Shown here piece after piece: positions 28,227 to 38,525 of a stretch of 64,000 nt of DNA (position 1 is its first letter; each line of letters opens with the position of its first letter). The position numbers and the translations under genes are program-made. The notes under the pieces are model-generated. The model searched no databases and was not told the DNA's origin. It saw only the letters and a program-made list of their open reading frames with translations. The DNA is from Spirochaetaceae bacterium (GTDB taxonomy: Bacteria; Spirochaetota; Spirochaetia; DSM-2461): assembly GCA_051531975.1 (NCBI GenBank), contig JAOPTT010000006.1, forward strand, positions 494,977-558,976, in the 5' to 3' direction.

Positions 28227-31200
28227 ATGAGAATAACTAGAAAACTAACACTTATATCATTATTTTTTTCGATATCAATATCTTTAATATCTACATATAA
28301 ATTAAAAAATGATCTATATACCAATAAATTACATTTGCAAACAGAAATTCTTCAAAAAGAGCTTTTTCATGTAGAAGCTATGATGTTAAATTTTAAAAAT
28401 GAAATCCAAAAAGATATTTTGTTATTACTTACTGAACCTACAGTTATTATAAATGAAAAGAAACTATACACATCATATTTGAATGCGGCTTCCGATGAAT
28501 TTGTATATAATCCTTCAATAGAAGAAAATAGTATAATTACAACTTTTAATAGATATTCAGAGAATAATCCTCAAGTCGATTATATCTATTTAGGTTTAGA
28601 AGATAGTTCTTATGTTATGAATGTTCCAATTATGGATCAATTTTCAGATGCATCAACTAGGTTTAATTATGACCCTAGAACTAGACCATGGTATAAAAAT
28701 GCAAAAAATAGTCCTGAAAAGCTTATATTAACTAAATTTTATCATGCACCACAAAATAAAGTTTATTTTATAACTGCTACTTATGGGATTACACAAGACA
28801 ATGTTTATTTAGGAGCTATTGGTTTAGATATAAATGTAGATAATCTAATAAATTATCTACAGGGTGTTGGTATCAGACAAGTTGGTGCTTTTGGAATTAT
28901 ATTTAAAGATTCAACATTATTAATTGAAGATAATGATAATATACTGATTAATGATATTGATAAAAGTAGCTCCTCATTATTATCAGATTTAACTTACAAC
29001 AATCAAAAGGGTTTTGGAAGTTTAGAAGATTCTTATATCTTTGCATTAAAGTCAGAAAAGCTACCCCATGTATATTTTTTCAAAGTTCCGAAGAGCAATA
29101 TTGAGGAAAGTATATTAAGTTTTGTAATTAATTTTGTCATAATATTTGTTTTAACAATTCTTCTACTTAGTATGTTATATTTTATTTCTGTCCATATATT
29201 TGTTACAAAACCTATTTTAGCATTAACTAATGAAGCAATTAATTATAAAAAAAGTGGTACTTTTAATGATAACAATCTAAAAAAATCAACTGATGAAATC
29301 GGAAGTTTAACAAATACTTTCTCATTAATGTTTCATGAAATTAAGGATCATAGAGAGAATCTTGAAAATTTAGTCCAAGATAGAACCATAGAATTAAAAA
29401 AACTAACTAGAGTTGTAGAACAGAGTCCAACAACAATTCTAATCACCGATCAAGATAGTTATATAGAATATGTAAATCCATATTTTACTGAAATAACAGG
29501 TTATACTCCTGAAGAGGTTATTGGAAAAAAGCCGAATTTTTTTAGTGCTAATGTTAACCCAAAATTGAATTTTAAAGATCTTCAAGAAATTTGTTTATCT
29601 GGAAAAGTATGGAATGGTGAATTTCTTAATAAGAAAAAAAATGGAGAATTATACTGGGAACATGCATCTATATCTGCTTTAAAAGTAGAAAATGATAAAA
29701 AAGTTCACTTTATCTCTGTTAAAACTGATATAACTGAGCAAAAAAAATATGAGACTGAGTTAGCATTAGCAAAAGAAAAAGCTGAAACTGCTGTAAAGAT
29801 AAAATCAGATTTTTTAGCTAATATGAGCCATGAAATAAGAACGCCAATGAATGCTGTCATTGGTTTAAATAACCTAATTTTAAGAAGTGAATTAAATGAT
29901 AAACAGAGAGATTTTTCTAATAAAATTGAAAAATCAGCCTCAAATTTATTAGGGATTATTAATGATATATTGGATTTTTCAAAAGTAGAAGCTGGAAAAC
30001 TTAGTATTGAAGATGTTGAATTTTCTTTAGATGTACTCTTAGATGATATAGTAACAATTGTAGCAGAAAAAGCTCATATAAAAGGTTTAGAACTTATAAT
30101 TCATAATAAAAACACACCTAATAATCTAATTGGTGATCCTTTAAGGCTACAGCAAGTAATTATCAATTTAGTTAGTAATGCAATTAAGTTCACATCCCAG
30201 GGTGAAATTACTATAACATTATGTTGTGAGGTTATTGATGATAAGAACTCAATTTTACATTGCAGTGTTAAAGATACTGGGATTGGACTAAGTGCGAAAC
30301 AATTAGCAACTCTTTTTAATGCATTTTCTCAAGGAGATACATCAACAACTAGAGAATATGGAGGCACCGGATTAGGTCTAATAATATCTAAAAAATTAGT
30401 AACAATGATGGGAGGGAGTATTAATGTTGAAAGTAAAATAAATATTGGTTCTAACTTTTACTTTAATATCAATCTAAAATTACCTTCAGAAAAAGATGAA
30501 AAACTTTGTTATCCACAAAAAACATTAAATAAACAAATAATCATAATTGATAATAATTATAGTAATAGAATGCTTTTATCAAATTATTTTATTGATAATT
30601 TTTTTCATGTAATAAATAAAGCTACACTAGAAGATTTAGATGAAGATATTATAAATAACATTGATGATAATACATACATCTTTGTGGATCATATTGCTCT
30701 TCTTAGTTTAAATAAAGTTATTCCAAAATATGCTCATATTATATTAATGACTAAAATGTGGGATGTCAATGTAGCTAAATTCTTAGAAAATTTTAAAAGC
30801 ATTCACTATATAAACAAGCCTATTTTAGAACATCAATTATTTAAAAGCATAATTAATAAATTTAGATTTCCCGATATCCCTCTACAAAATATAGTTGAGT
30901 CAAAAAGCTATTCAAAAAACTTAATAAATATTAAAGGATCTAATATTCTACTTGTTGATGATAATGAAATAAATACGGAAATTGCGAAAGAGTTATTATT
31001 ATCTGAAGATTTTAATATTGATATTGCAACAAATGGTTTAGAAGCTGTTAAGTTGGCGGCAGTTAAAGAGTATCAAATAATTTTTATGGATTTACAAATG
31101 CCTGTAATGGATGGTTTCCAGGCTACGAAACAGATAAGACAATTTAAGGACTATTATGAATTACCAATAGTTGCTTTAACAGCGGATGTATTAAGTAGTG

Positions 31201-31898
31201 TAGAACAAGATGCGATGGACTGCGGAATGAATGATTTTTTAACAAAGCCTTTAAAAGAAAAAGAACTGTTTAAATCATTGATAAAGTGGATAAAACCAAA
31301 AAATAATGAATCTCGTTACCTGTTTACTGGAATGGCAGAAGCACTTGATCGTGTAAATAATAATGATGAGTTATATAATAAACTTTTAAATACTTTTTTT
31401 TCTAAGCACCATAATGACATTGTTGATATAACTCAATATATTGATAGTGACAATTTTGAACAAGCTGAAAACTTAGCCCACTCGTTAAAAGGTATTGTTG
31501 GTAATATAGGCTTTAATGATTTATCGATATTTGTTACTGAGTTAGTTGAAGAAATACGTTCTGATATTCCGATAAAACAAAACATTTATAATCTTATTGA
31601 AAAGATTTTTTATAAACAATTTGAACTTAAAAAGATATTAAAACCAAGATTGGAAAATAAAGCAAAAAAGTTGGAAGAAACGAATAATGAAGATTATATT
31701 GAAATAGAGATGTTAAAAATTATTGATAATTTAAAAAAATCATTAGAAGAATATGATATAAAATCTAAAGATTATATATTACAACTTAAACCTCTATTTA
31801 GTAATAGAGGACAAACTGAATTTTATTTAGACTTATTTGAAAATATTTCAGCATATAATTTTGAAGAAGCATTAAGTTTATTAAAGAAGGAGTATTAA
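28227..31898 (+). CDS. Hybrid sensor histidine kinase (dCache-HAMP-PAS-HisKA-HATPase-degenerate REC-REC-HPt)
   Basis: YDPRTRPWY (dCache), DEIG.L (HAMP), YVNP.F..ITGY (PAS), FLANMSHEIRTPMN, NL..NA.KFT, GGTGLGL, MDLQMP, AHSLKG. Confidence 0.94.
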   Translation: MRITRKLTLISLFFSISISLISTYKLKNDLYTNKLHLQTEILQKELFHVEAMMLNFKNEIQKDILLLLTEPTVIINEKKLYTSYLNAASDEFVYNPSIEENSIITTFNRYSENNPQVDYIYLGLEDSSYVMNVPIMDQFSDASTRFNYDPRTRPWYKNAKNSPEKLILTKFYHAPQNKVYFITATYGITQDNVYLGAIGLDINVDNLINYLQGVGIRQVGAFGIIFKDSTLLIEDNDNILINDIDKSSSSLLSDLTYNNQKGFGSLEDSYIFALKSEKLPHVYFFKVPKSNIEESILSFVINFVIIFVLTILLLSMLYFISVHIFVTKPILALTNEAINYKKSGTFNDNNLKKSTDEIGSLTNTFSLMFHEIKDHRENLENLVQDRTIELKKLTRVVEQSPTTILITDQDSYIEYVNPYFTEITGYTPEEVIGKKPNFFSANVNPKLNFKDLQEICLSGKVWNGEFLNKKKNGELYWEHASISALKVENDKKVHFISVKTDITEQKKYETELALAKEKAETAVKIKSDFLANMSHEIRTPMNAVIGLNNLILRSELNDKQRDFSNKIEKSASNLLGIINDILDFSKVEAGKLSIEDVEFSLDVLLDDIVTIVAEKAHIKGLELIIHNKNTPNNLIGDPLRLQQVIINLVSNAIKFTSQGEITITLCCEVIDDKNSILHCSVKDTGIGLSAKQLATLFNAFSQGDTSTTREYGGTGLGLIISKKLVTMMGGSINVESKINIGSNFYFNINLKLPSEKDEKLCYPQKTLNKQIIIIDNNYSNRMLLSNYFIDNFFHVINKATLEDLDEDIINNIDDNTYIFVDHIALLSLNKVIPKYAHIILMTKMWDVNVAKFLENFKSIHYINKPILEHQLFKSIINKFRFPDIPLQNIVESKSYSKNLINIKGSNILLVDDNEINTEIAKELLLSEDFNIDIATNGLEAVKLAAVKEYQIIFMDLQMPVMDGFQATKQIRQFKDYYELPIVALTADVLSSVEQDAMDCGMNDFLTKPLKEKELFKSLIKWIKPKNNESRYLFTGMAEALDRVNNNDELYNKLLNTFFSKHHNDIVDITQYIDSDNFEQAENLAHSLKGIVGNIGFNDLSIFVTELVEEIRSDIPIKQNIYNLIEKIFYKQFELKKILKPRLENKAKKLEETNNEDYIEIEMLKIIDNLKKSLEEYDIKSKDYILQLKPLFSNRGQTEFYLDLFENISAYNFEEALSLLKKEY

Positions 31899-31903
31899 TT
31901 TAA

Positions 31904-32932
31904 ATGTTAACAAACCTAGATTCAACAATATTAATTGTTGATGATATAGTTGAAAATCTAGATGTATTATCTGGAATATTAGGCAAAAAATATAATTTAA
32001 AAGCTGCAACTAGTGGTGAAATGGCTTTAAAAATAATAAAGCTACATAAAATTGATCTTATTTTACTAGATATTATGATGCCAGGTTTAGATGGTTTCGA
32101 AGTTTGTAAAAAGATAAAATCTGATATTGATACTAAAGACATTCCTGTAATATTTGTTTCTGCAAAAGGTGAGCAAGCTGATGAAACAATGGGATTTTCA
32201 CTTGGTGCTGTAGACTATATAACTAAACCAATAAATGCTTCAATACTACTCGCCCGTACAAAAACACACTTAATGTTGGCAGATAAAACAGAATATCTTA
32301 ACCATAGAGTTAAAGAAAGAACAAAGGAATTAGAAACCACCCGCCTTGAGCTTATTAAGTGTTTAAGTCGAGCTGGTGAATTTAAAGATAATGATACAGG
32401 TCTTCATGTATATAGAATGAGTAAATATAGTCAACTAATTGCACTAGAGTATGGTTCAACAGATGAAGAAGCTGAATTAATATTACACGCATCACCTATG
32501 CATGATGTTGGTAAAATTGGAATTGCAGATGATATTCTTTTAAAACCAGGTAAATTAGATAAAGATGAGTGGAAAAGTATGAAATTACATCCGCAATATG
32601 GTTCAGAAATAATTGGGAATCATAATTCAAAAATAATTAAAGCTGCAAAATTATCATCATTAACTCATCATGAAAAGTGGGATGGAACTGGGTATCCGAA
32701 CAATTTAATTGGAAAAAAGATACCATTTATTGGTAGAGTTGTTGCAATTGCTGATGTTTTTGATGCATTAACAAGTCAACGTCCATATAAAGAAGCATGG
32801 AAAATAGATGATGCAGTTGATTTAATAAATAAAGAATCAGGGAAACACTTTGATCCAGAGCTTGTAGAAGCTTTTAATAGAGTATTACCTCAGATTATTG
32901 ATATAAAAGAGAATTTCAAAGAGACCTATTAA
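31904..32932 (+). CDS. REC-HD-GYP response regulator (c-di-GMP phosphodiesterase, RpfG-like)
   Basis: LLDIMMP; HDVGK; HHEKWDGTGYP; ADVFDAL...RPYK. Confidence 0.94.
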   Translation: MLTNLDSTILIVDDIVENLDVLSGILGKKYNLKAATSGEMALKIIKLHKIDLILLDIMMPGLDGFEVCKKIKSDIDTKDIPVIFVSAKGEQADETMGFSLGAVDYITKPINASILLARTKTHLMLADKTEYLNHRVKERTKELETTRLELIKCLSRAGEFKDNDTGLHVYRMSKYSQLIALEYGSTDEEAELILHASPMHDVGKIGIADDILLKPGKLDKDEWKSMKLHPQYGSEIIGNHNSKIIKAAKLSSLTHHEKWDGTGYPNNLIGKKIPFIGRVVAIADVFDALTSQRPYKEAWKIDDAVDLINKESGKHFDPELVEAFNRVLPQIIDIKENFKETY

Positions 32933-32979
32933 TATTACTATATTTTAGACTATACATTTATTCTATTTAATGTTAATTT

Positions 32980-33066
32980 TCCACTTCGAAAGTGGATTTC
33001 CGGTCATAAACGTATTATTTTACAGTTTAACTCGCCTTGACTGGAGCATTTTAATGCAGGCTGGTT
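32980..33066 (+). promoter_or_regulatory. Putative structured 5' leader of rhlE
   Basis: TCCACTT/AAGTGGA hairpin, then CCGGTC/GGCTGG enclosing internal hairpins, immediately before the AGGAG RBS. Confidence 0.5.
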
Positions 33067-33078
33067 CAGGAGACAAGA

Positions 33079-34320
33079 ATGACATTTGACAAACTCGGTT
33101 TAAAACCGGAGTTACTTAAGGCAGTAGAATCTAAGGGATACAAAACTGCAACAGCAATACAAAGTGGATCAATTCCAGCAATTTTAGAAGGAAAAGACCT
33201 ACTAGGTGGAGCCCAAACAGGTACAGGGAAAACAGCAGCATTTGCCCTACCTATTTTAGATAGATTAAGTGAATATGATATAAAAACTAAACACCCTAGA
33301 GCCCTGGTATTAACTCCCACAAGAGAATTAGCAGCCCAAGTTGCAGAAAGTTTTATTCATTATGGTAAAAACTTAAAATTAAAAACTACTGTTATATTTG
33401 GTGGAGTAAAAATAAACCCACAAATTGCAACTCTAAAAAATGGTGTTGATATAATTGTAGCGACACCAGGAAGACTTTTAGATCATATGAGTCAGGGAAC
33501 AATTAATTTAAATAAAATTGAAGTTTTAGTATTAGATGAAGCTGATAGAATGTTAGATATGGGTTTTATTAGAGATATTAAAAAAATAACAGCTAAACTC
33601 CCTAAAAAACGACAAAACTTAATGTTTTCAGCTACCTATGGTGGGGATATTAGAAAATTAGCAGAGGAACTTTTAAATGAGCCTGTTTCTGTTGAAGTAA
33701 CAAAAAGAAATAGTGCAGCGGATAAAGTAACTCAAATTGTTCACAAAATTGATAAAGGACAAAAAAGACATCTGTTACAACATCTGATTAAAACTGAAAA
33801 TTGGTACCAAGTATTAGTATTTGTTAGAACTAAACATGGGGCTAATAGATTAGCAAAAGCTTTAGATAAAGAAGGTATTCCTTCCGCAGCTATTCATGGT
33901 GATAAAAGCCAAGGTGCCAGAACTCGAGCATTGAATGATTTTAAAAAAGGTGATCTTCAAGCATTGATTGCAACAGATGTTGCAGCTAGAGGACTTCATT
34001 TAGATGATCTATCCTACGTAGTAAATTATGATTTACCACAAGTTTCAGAAGATTATGTTCATAGAATTGGTCGTACCGGTAGAGCTGGTAAAACTGGTAT
34101 TGCTATATCCTTAGTTTGTGCCGAAGAACATTCTCAATTAAAACAAATTGAAAAAATGCTTAAGAAAAATATTGAAGTGATTGGCGTAAAAGGTTTTAAA
34201 CCAGTCAAAACTGAAAGAAATTCAGCACCAAAAAATAAAAAGGTACCTGATCCTTTTAAATATAATCCTAAAGCACCAAAACGAAAAAGTAGTAATTTTA
34301 ATAGAAGAAAAAACTCTTAA
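33079..34320 (+). CDS. rhlE: DEAD-box RNA helicase RhlE-like
   Basis: [45 protein letters not shown]; basic tail. Confidence 0.92.
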   Translation: MTFDKLGLKPELLKAVESKGYKTATAIQSGSIPAILEGKDLLGGAQTGTGKTAAFALPILDRLSEYDIKTKHPRALVLTPTRELAAQVAESFIHYGKNLKLKTTVIFGGVKINPQIATLKNGVDIIVATPGRLLDHMSQGTINLNKIEVLVLDEADRMLDMGFIRDIKKITAKLPKKRQNLMFSATYGGDIRKLAEELLNEPVSVEVTKRNSAADKVTQIVHKIDKGQKRHLLQHLIKTENWYQVLVFVRTKHGANRLAKALDKEGIPSAAIHGDKSQGARTRALNDFKKGDLQALIATDVAARGLHLDDLSYVVNYDLPQVSEDYVHRIGRTGRAGKTGIAISLVCAEEHSQLKQIEKMLKKNIEVIGVKGFKPVKTERNSAPKNKKVPDPFKYNPKAPKRKSSNFNRRKNS

Positions 34321-35354
34321 CTATTTTTATTTATACCACAGGATGATCTTAAACATAAATTAGTGGCTAAGATGATCTCCTGTGGTCCAGTTTTTCTTTC
34401 TTCTATTAAGTCGTGTAATAGTAGACCAGCATTTTGGCCAATACCAAAAGCATTTTGTGAAATTGTTGTAAGATCTAATACAGAAGACATTGGAAGATCA
34501 TCAAATCCTAAAATAGATATATCTTCTGGAATAGAAAGACCAGAAGATATAGCTGCTTTATAAGCACCATAGGCCATTACATCACCAGAAGTAAATATTG
34601 CACTAAAAGTTCTATTTAGAAGTAACTTTTTAACACCTTCAGCTGTAGTAATCATATCGTAATCACCAGAAATTAGATTATTCTGATTAAATATAATTCC
34701 TTTCTCTTCAAATGCCTTAATAAATCCATTGTATCCATCTTGATCAACACAACTATCATTTATATTTAATACTGTATCCCTATCACCTGTTATGTATAAT
34801 ACATCTTTATGACCTAAACTTAAAAGATAATTTGCAGCGTTATAAGCACCTGTATATGTTTCTGAACCAACAAAACAAATTCCTTTAATGTCAACTTTTC
34901 TACCAAGACATACAATAGGTAATTCTATTGATTCTAATCTAAGTTCTTGCTTACATTTTGTATGGGTTGGTATATAAATTAATCCAGTGACACCTATTTT
35001 AATTAGAGAATCAACACATTCCATAGATTTATCTGGATCATTTCGTGAATCCATTATCGATACTTTATATCCAAAATTATAAAATGTATTTTGGATTTCC
35101 TTTATAAGGTTAGCAGAGTATGGATTCTCAATATTTGGGACAACTATTCCAACATGTTGACTTATAGAACTTCGATCTCTGTTTTTAGTAGGTCGAATAT
35201 AACCTAATTCTTCTATGGCACTATTAACTCTGAAGCTTACATCAGCACTAACACCATCAAATCCATTTATAACTCTTGATACTGTAGCGGTTGAAACTTC
35301 TGCTCGTTTTGCGACATCATCTATAACTATTTTTTTTCTTGATAAATCTTTCAT
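34317..35354 (-). CDS. LacI-family transcriptional regulator of the divergent nucleoside cluster
   Basis: I.DVA.RA.VS.ATVSRV.N HTH; IPEDIS..GFDD, LTTI.Q. Confidence 0.93.
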   Translation of the reverse strand: MKDLSRKKIVIDDVAKRAEVSTATVSRVINGFDGVSADVSFRVNSAIEELGYIRPTKNRDRSSISQHVGIVVPNIENPYSANLIKEIQNTFYNFGYKVSIMDSRNDPDKSMECVDSLIKIGVTGLIYIPTHTKCKQELRLESIELPIVCLGRKVDIKGICFVGSETYTGAYNAANYLLSLGHKDVLYITGDRDTVLNINDSCVDQDGYNGFIKAFEEKGIIFNQNNLISGDYDMITTAEGVKKLLLNRTFSAIFTSGDVMAYGAYKAAISSGLSIPEDISILGFDDLPMSSVLDLTTISQNAFGIGQNAGLLLHDLIEERKTGPQEIILATNLCLRSSCGINKNS

Positions 35355-35427
35355 TAACTACATATTACGGTATTATGATAATATTTTCAAGAAATTTATC
35401 TGTAATCAACTACCTTCTCTCCGAAAG

Positions 35428-35499
35428 TTACAATATTTTACATAATTTTACATTTTATTACAGAAAACATTTTACAACGAATAAATAATAGACTATTAT
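35428..35499 (+). promoter_or_regulatory. Phased TTACA repeats and sigma70-like promoter of pdp
   Basis: TTACA at 35428, 35438, 35448, 35458 and 35472; TTTACA(35471)-N17-TATTAT(35494). Confidence 0.62.
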
Positions 35500-35534
35500 A
35501 TTAATAAGACCTATAACATAAATAAGGAGTTGTT

Positions 35535-36848
35535 ATGAGAATTGTAGATATTATTCAAAAGAAACGTGATGGAGAGATATTAGATAATAATGAAATTTCT
35601 TTTTTATTAGATGAATATTTAGAGGGTAATGTTCCAGATTATCAAATGTCGGCATTTTTAATGGCTGTTTATTATAAAGGCATGGAAAAAGTAGAACTTA
35701 AAACATTTACTGAAAAGATGATGAATTCAGGAGATATTATAGATTTTGATGGGGTTAATAAAGTTCTTATAGATAAACATAGTACTGGAGGTGTTGGTGA
35801 TAAAACAACAATTGCACTAGCTCCCCTATTTGCAAGTTTTGATATTGGTACAGCAAAATTATCAGGTCGTGGTTTGGGCCATACTGGTGGAACTATTGAT
35901 AAGTTTGAAGCAATCAAAGGTTTTAGCTTCCCTCAAACAAAAGAAGAACTAGTCGATTTAGTAAATAAATGTGGAACTGGAATAATGGGATATTCTGATA
36001 AAATTGTTCCTTTAGATAAAAAACTATATGCACTGCGTGATGTAACTGCAACTGTATCTAGTATTCCATTAATTGCGGCTTCTATTATGAGTAAAAAATT
36101 AGCTGTTCACGCAGACGGTATTATATTAGATGTAAAAACTGGTAGTGGCGCTTTTATGAAAGATCTAAAACAAGCTCAAGAGTTAGCAAAAACAATGAGA
36201 GATATTGGTGAATCAATGGATCGCAAAGTTGTTACATGTATAACTGATATGGATCAGCCGTTAGGTTTTGCAGTAGGTAATTCTTTAGAAATTATTGAGG
36301 CTATTGAAACAATTAAAGGTAATGGACCAAAAGAGTTTTCTTATTTAGTTGAAACTTTAGCAGCTATAGGATTGCAGTTAAAAGGTGATGTTAAAGATCT
36401 TGAAAAAGGTCGAGAGATGGTTAGAGATGTTATAAAAAGTGGTAAACCTGTACAGATGTTAAAAGATTTTATTGAAGCTGCTGGTGGTGATCCAAATGTT
36501 GTGGATGATTATAGTATATTACCTACAGCTAAAAGCAGTATTGTCGTTATGTCTACCTCTGCTGGTTTTGTTAACAAAATCGAAGCTGAAACTGTTGGTA
36601 AAGCGGCAATGGTACTTGGAGCTGGAAGAGCAACAAAAGAAGATATAATTGATCATGCCGTAGGTATTGTATTAAATAAAAAAATTGGAGATGTGGTAAA
36701 AATAGACGAAGAGATTGGTACTATTTATTACAATGATGATACAAACCTTGAGGACTCTATTAACATGCTGTTAGGAGCTTATACAATTGAAGAGACAAAA
36801 GGAGATGTTAACGATATTGTAATTGAAATAAAATCAGTTAATATCTAA
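35535..36848 (+). CDS. pdp: Pyrimidine-nucleoside phosphorylase
   Basis: KKRDG, DKHSTGGVGDK, SGRGLGHTGGT.DK, LYALRDVT, SIMSKKLA, DVK.G.GAFMK. Confidence 0.96.
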   Translation: MRIVDIIQKKRDGEILDNNEISFLLDEYLEGNVPDYQMSAFLMAVYYKGMEKVELKTFTEKMMNSGDIIDFDGVNKVLIDKHSTGGVGDKTTIALAPLFASFDIGTAKLSGRGLGHTGGTIDKFEAIKGFSFPQTKEELVDLVNKCGTGIMGYSDKIVPLDKKLYALRDVTATVSSIPLIAASIMSKKLAVHADGIILDVKTGSGAFMKDLKQAQELAKTMRDIGESMDRKVVTCITDMDQPLGFAVGNSLEIIEAIETIKGNGPKEFSYLVETLAAIGLQLKGDVKDLEKGREMVRDVIKSGKPVQMLKDFIEAAGGDPNVVDDYSILPTAKSSIVVMSTSAGFVNKIEAETVGKAAMVLGAGRATKEDIIDHAVGIVLNKKIGDVVKIDEEIGTIYYNDDTNLEDSINMLLGAYTIEETKGDVNDIVIEIKSVNI

Positions 36849-36854
36849 ACCATT

Positions 36855-37841
36855 ATGGATAATATAAAGAAGGTTGAATTACATTTACATTTAGATGGCT
36901 CTCTAAGAATTGAAACAGTTAAAGAACTTGGTGTAAATTTAGGTCTGTTTTCAGAAAATTATTCTACACAAGAAATTAAAAATAAACTCTGCATTAATAA
37001 AGATGATAAAACATTAGTAGATTATTTAGAAAAATTTAATCTTCCAATTCAAATCCTTCAAACTAAAGACTCACTAGAGAGAGTTGCCTATGAGATTGTA
37101 GAGGATTTATCATTAGAAAATACGATATATGCTGAAATAAGAGTAGCTCCTATTCAGCATATGAAAGAAGGGCTAACAGGTGATGATATTGTGGAAGCGA
37201 TTTTAAAAGGGTTTAACAAAGCTTCTAGTAAATATCCTATAACTGTTAATCTTCTGCTATGTGCTATGAGACATCTACCTGCTAAGGATAATGAATTTTT
37301 ACTAACATTAGCTGATAAATATAAAAAATTAGGTGTTGTTGGATTAGATTTAGCTGGTGATGAAGCTGGATATTCTGTTGATTTATTTAGAGACTTTTTT
37401 AACAAAGCCAAAAAAATAGGAATACCATTTACTATACATGCTGGAGAAGCTAGTGGAACTGAAAGCATTGTTAAAGCAATAGAAATAGGGGCAAAAAGAT
37501 TAGGGCATGGCATTCGAGCTTATGAGGATGAAGATGTTATGGATCTTATTAAAAAAAGAGACATTTGTCTGGAGTGTTGCCCTAAAAGCAATCTTGATAC
37601 AAATGCCATAAAAGATTTTAATGAATATCCTATAATTAAATATTTAAATGTTGGCATAGCAGCTACATTAAATAGTGATAATAGAACAGTATCTGATACT
37701 AATTACGATAAGGAACTACTATTATTAAACAGGTATTTAACTATAAACACAGACGATATTAAAAATTTTAATATAAATGCAATTAACCATGCATTTATAT
37801 CAGAAGATAAAAAAGAACAGCTGTTAAATCAGCTAAATTAG
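36855..37841 (+). CDS. add: Adenosine deaminase
   Basis: ELHLHLDGS, GLDLAGDE, HAGE, RLGHG, CP.SN, NSDN. Confidence 0.94.
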   Translation: MDNIKKVELHLHLDGSLRIETVKELGVNLGLFSENYSTQEIKNKLCINKDDKTLVDYLEKFNLPIQILQTKDSLERVAYEIVEDLSLENTIYAEIRVAPIQHMKEGLTGDDIVEAILKGFNKASSKYPITVNLLLCAMRHLPAKDNEFLLTLADKYKKLGVVGLDLAGDEAGYSVDLFRDFFNKAKKIGIPFTIHAGEASGTESIVKAIEIGAKRLGHGIRAYEDEDVMDLIKKRDICLECCPKSNLDTNAIKDFNEYPIIKYLNVGIAATLNSDNRTVSDTNYDKELLLLNRYLTINTDDIKNFNINAINHAFISEDKKEQLLNQLN

Positions 37842-37849
37842 GAGATAAA

Positions 37850-38515
37850 ATGGAATTAAACAAATACATAGACCACACAGTATTAAAAGCAACAACTACA
37901 ACTGGGGACATAAAAAATTTATGTGCAGAAGCTAAAGAATATAACTTTTTTTCAGTATGTGTTAATGGATGTTATGTTGAACTTGCTAAAAATGAATTAA
38001 AAGGTAGTGATGTAAAAATTGCTGCAGTAATTGGATTTCCTTTAGGTGCAATGTCTAAAGAATCAAAGGTATTTGAGGCAAGCAGATCTATTAAAACTGG
38101 AGCCAATGAAATTGATATGGTACTAAATGTTGGATTCATGAAATCTAATATGTTTACTGAAATTGAAGATGAAATTCGAGAAATTAAACAGGCAATTGGA
38201 TCTAATGTTTTAAAAGTTATTTTAGAAACATGTTATTTAACAAAAGATGAGATCAGAAAAGCTTGTGAATTATCTGTTGCTGCAGGTGCTGATTTTGTAA
38301 AAACTTCAACAGGTTTTGGTACAGGCGGAGCTACTTATGAAGATGTTGAAATAATGCAATCAATCGTAAAAGGAAAAGCCCAAATAAAAGCTTCTGGTGG
38401 AGTACGGGATCTAGAAACTGCTACAAAATATATTGAAATGGGTGTTACTAGACTTGGAACAAGTTCTGGTGTTCAGCTAATGACTACAGGGAAAGCTGTT
38501 GAAGGTCAATATTAA
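37850..38515 (+). CDS. deoC: Deoxyribose-phosphate aldolase
   Basis: IDHT.LK, V.GFPLG, EIDMV.N, KVILET, FVKTSTGF, KASGG. Confidence 0.97.
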   Translation: MELNKYIDHTVLKATTTTGDIKNLCAEAKEYNFFSVCVNGCYVELAKNELKGSDVKIAAVIGFPLGAMSKESKVFEASRSIKTGANEIDMVLNVGFMKSNMFTEIEDEIREIKQAIGSNVLKVILETCYLTKDEIRKACELSVAAGADFVKTSTGFGTGGATYEDVEIMQSIVKGKAQIKASGGVRDLETATKYIEMGVTRLGTSSGVQLMTTGKAVEGQY

Positions 38516-38525
38516 GGAGAAAATT

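Noticed and set aside
35428..35476. CRISPR array or tandem-repeat locus
   Set aside because: Only a 5-bp unit with 5-nt spacers and no cas genes; better explained as operator half-sites
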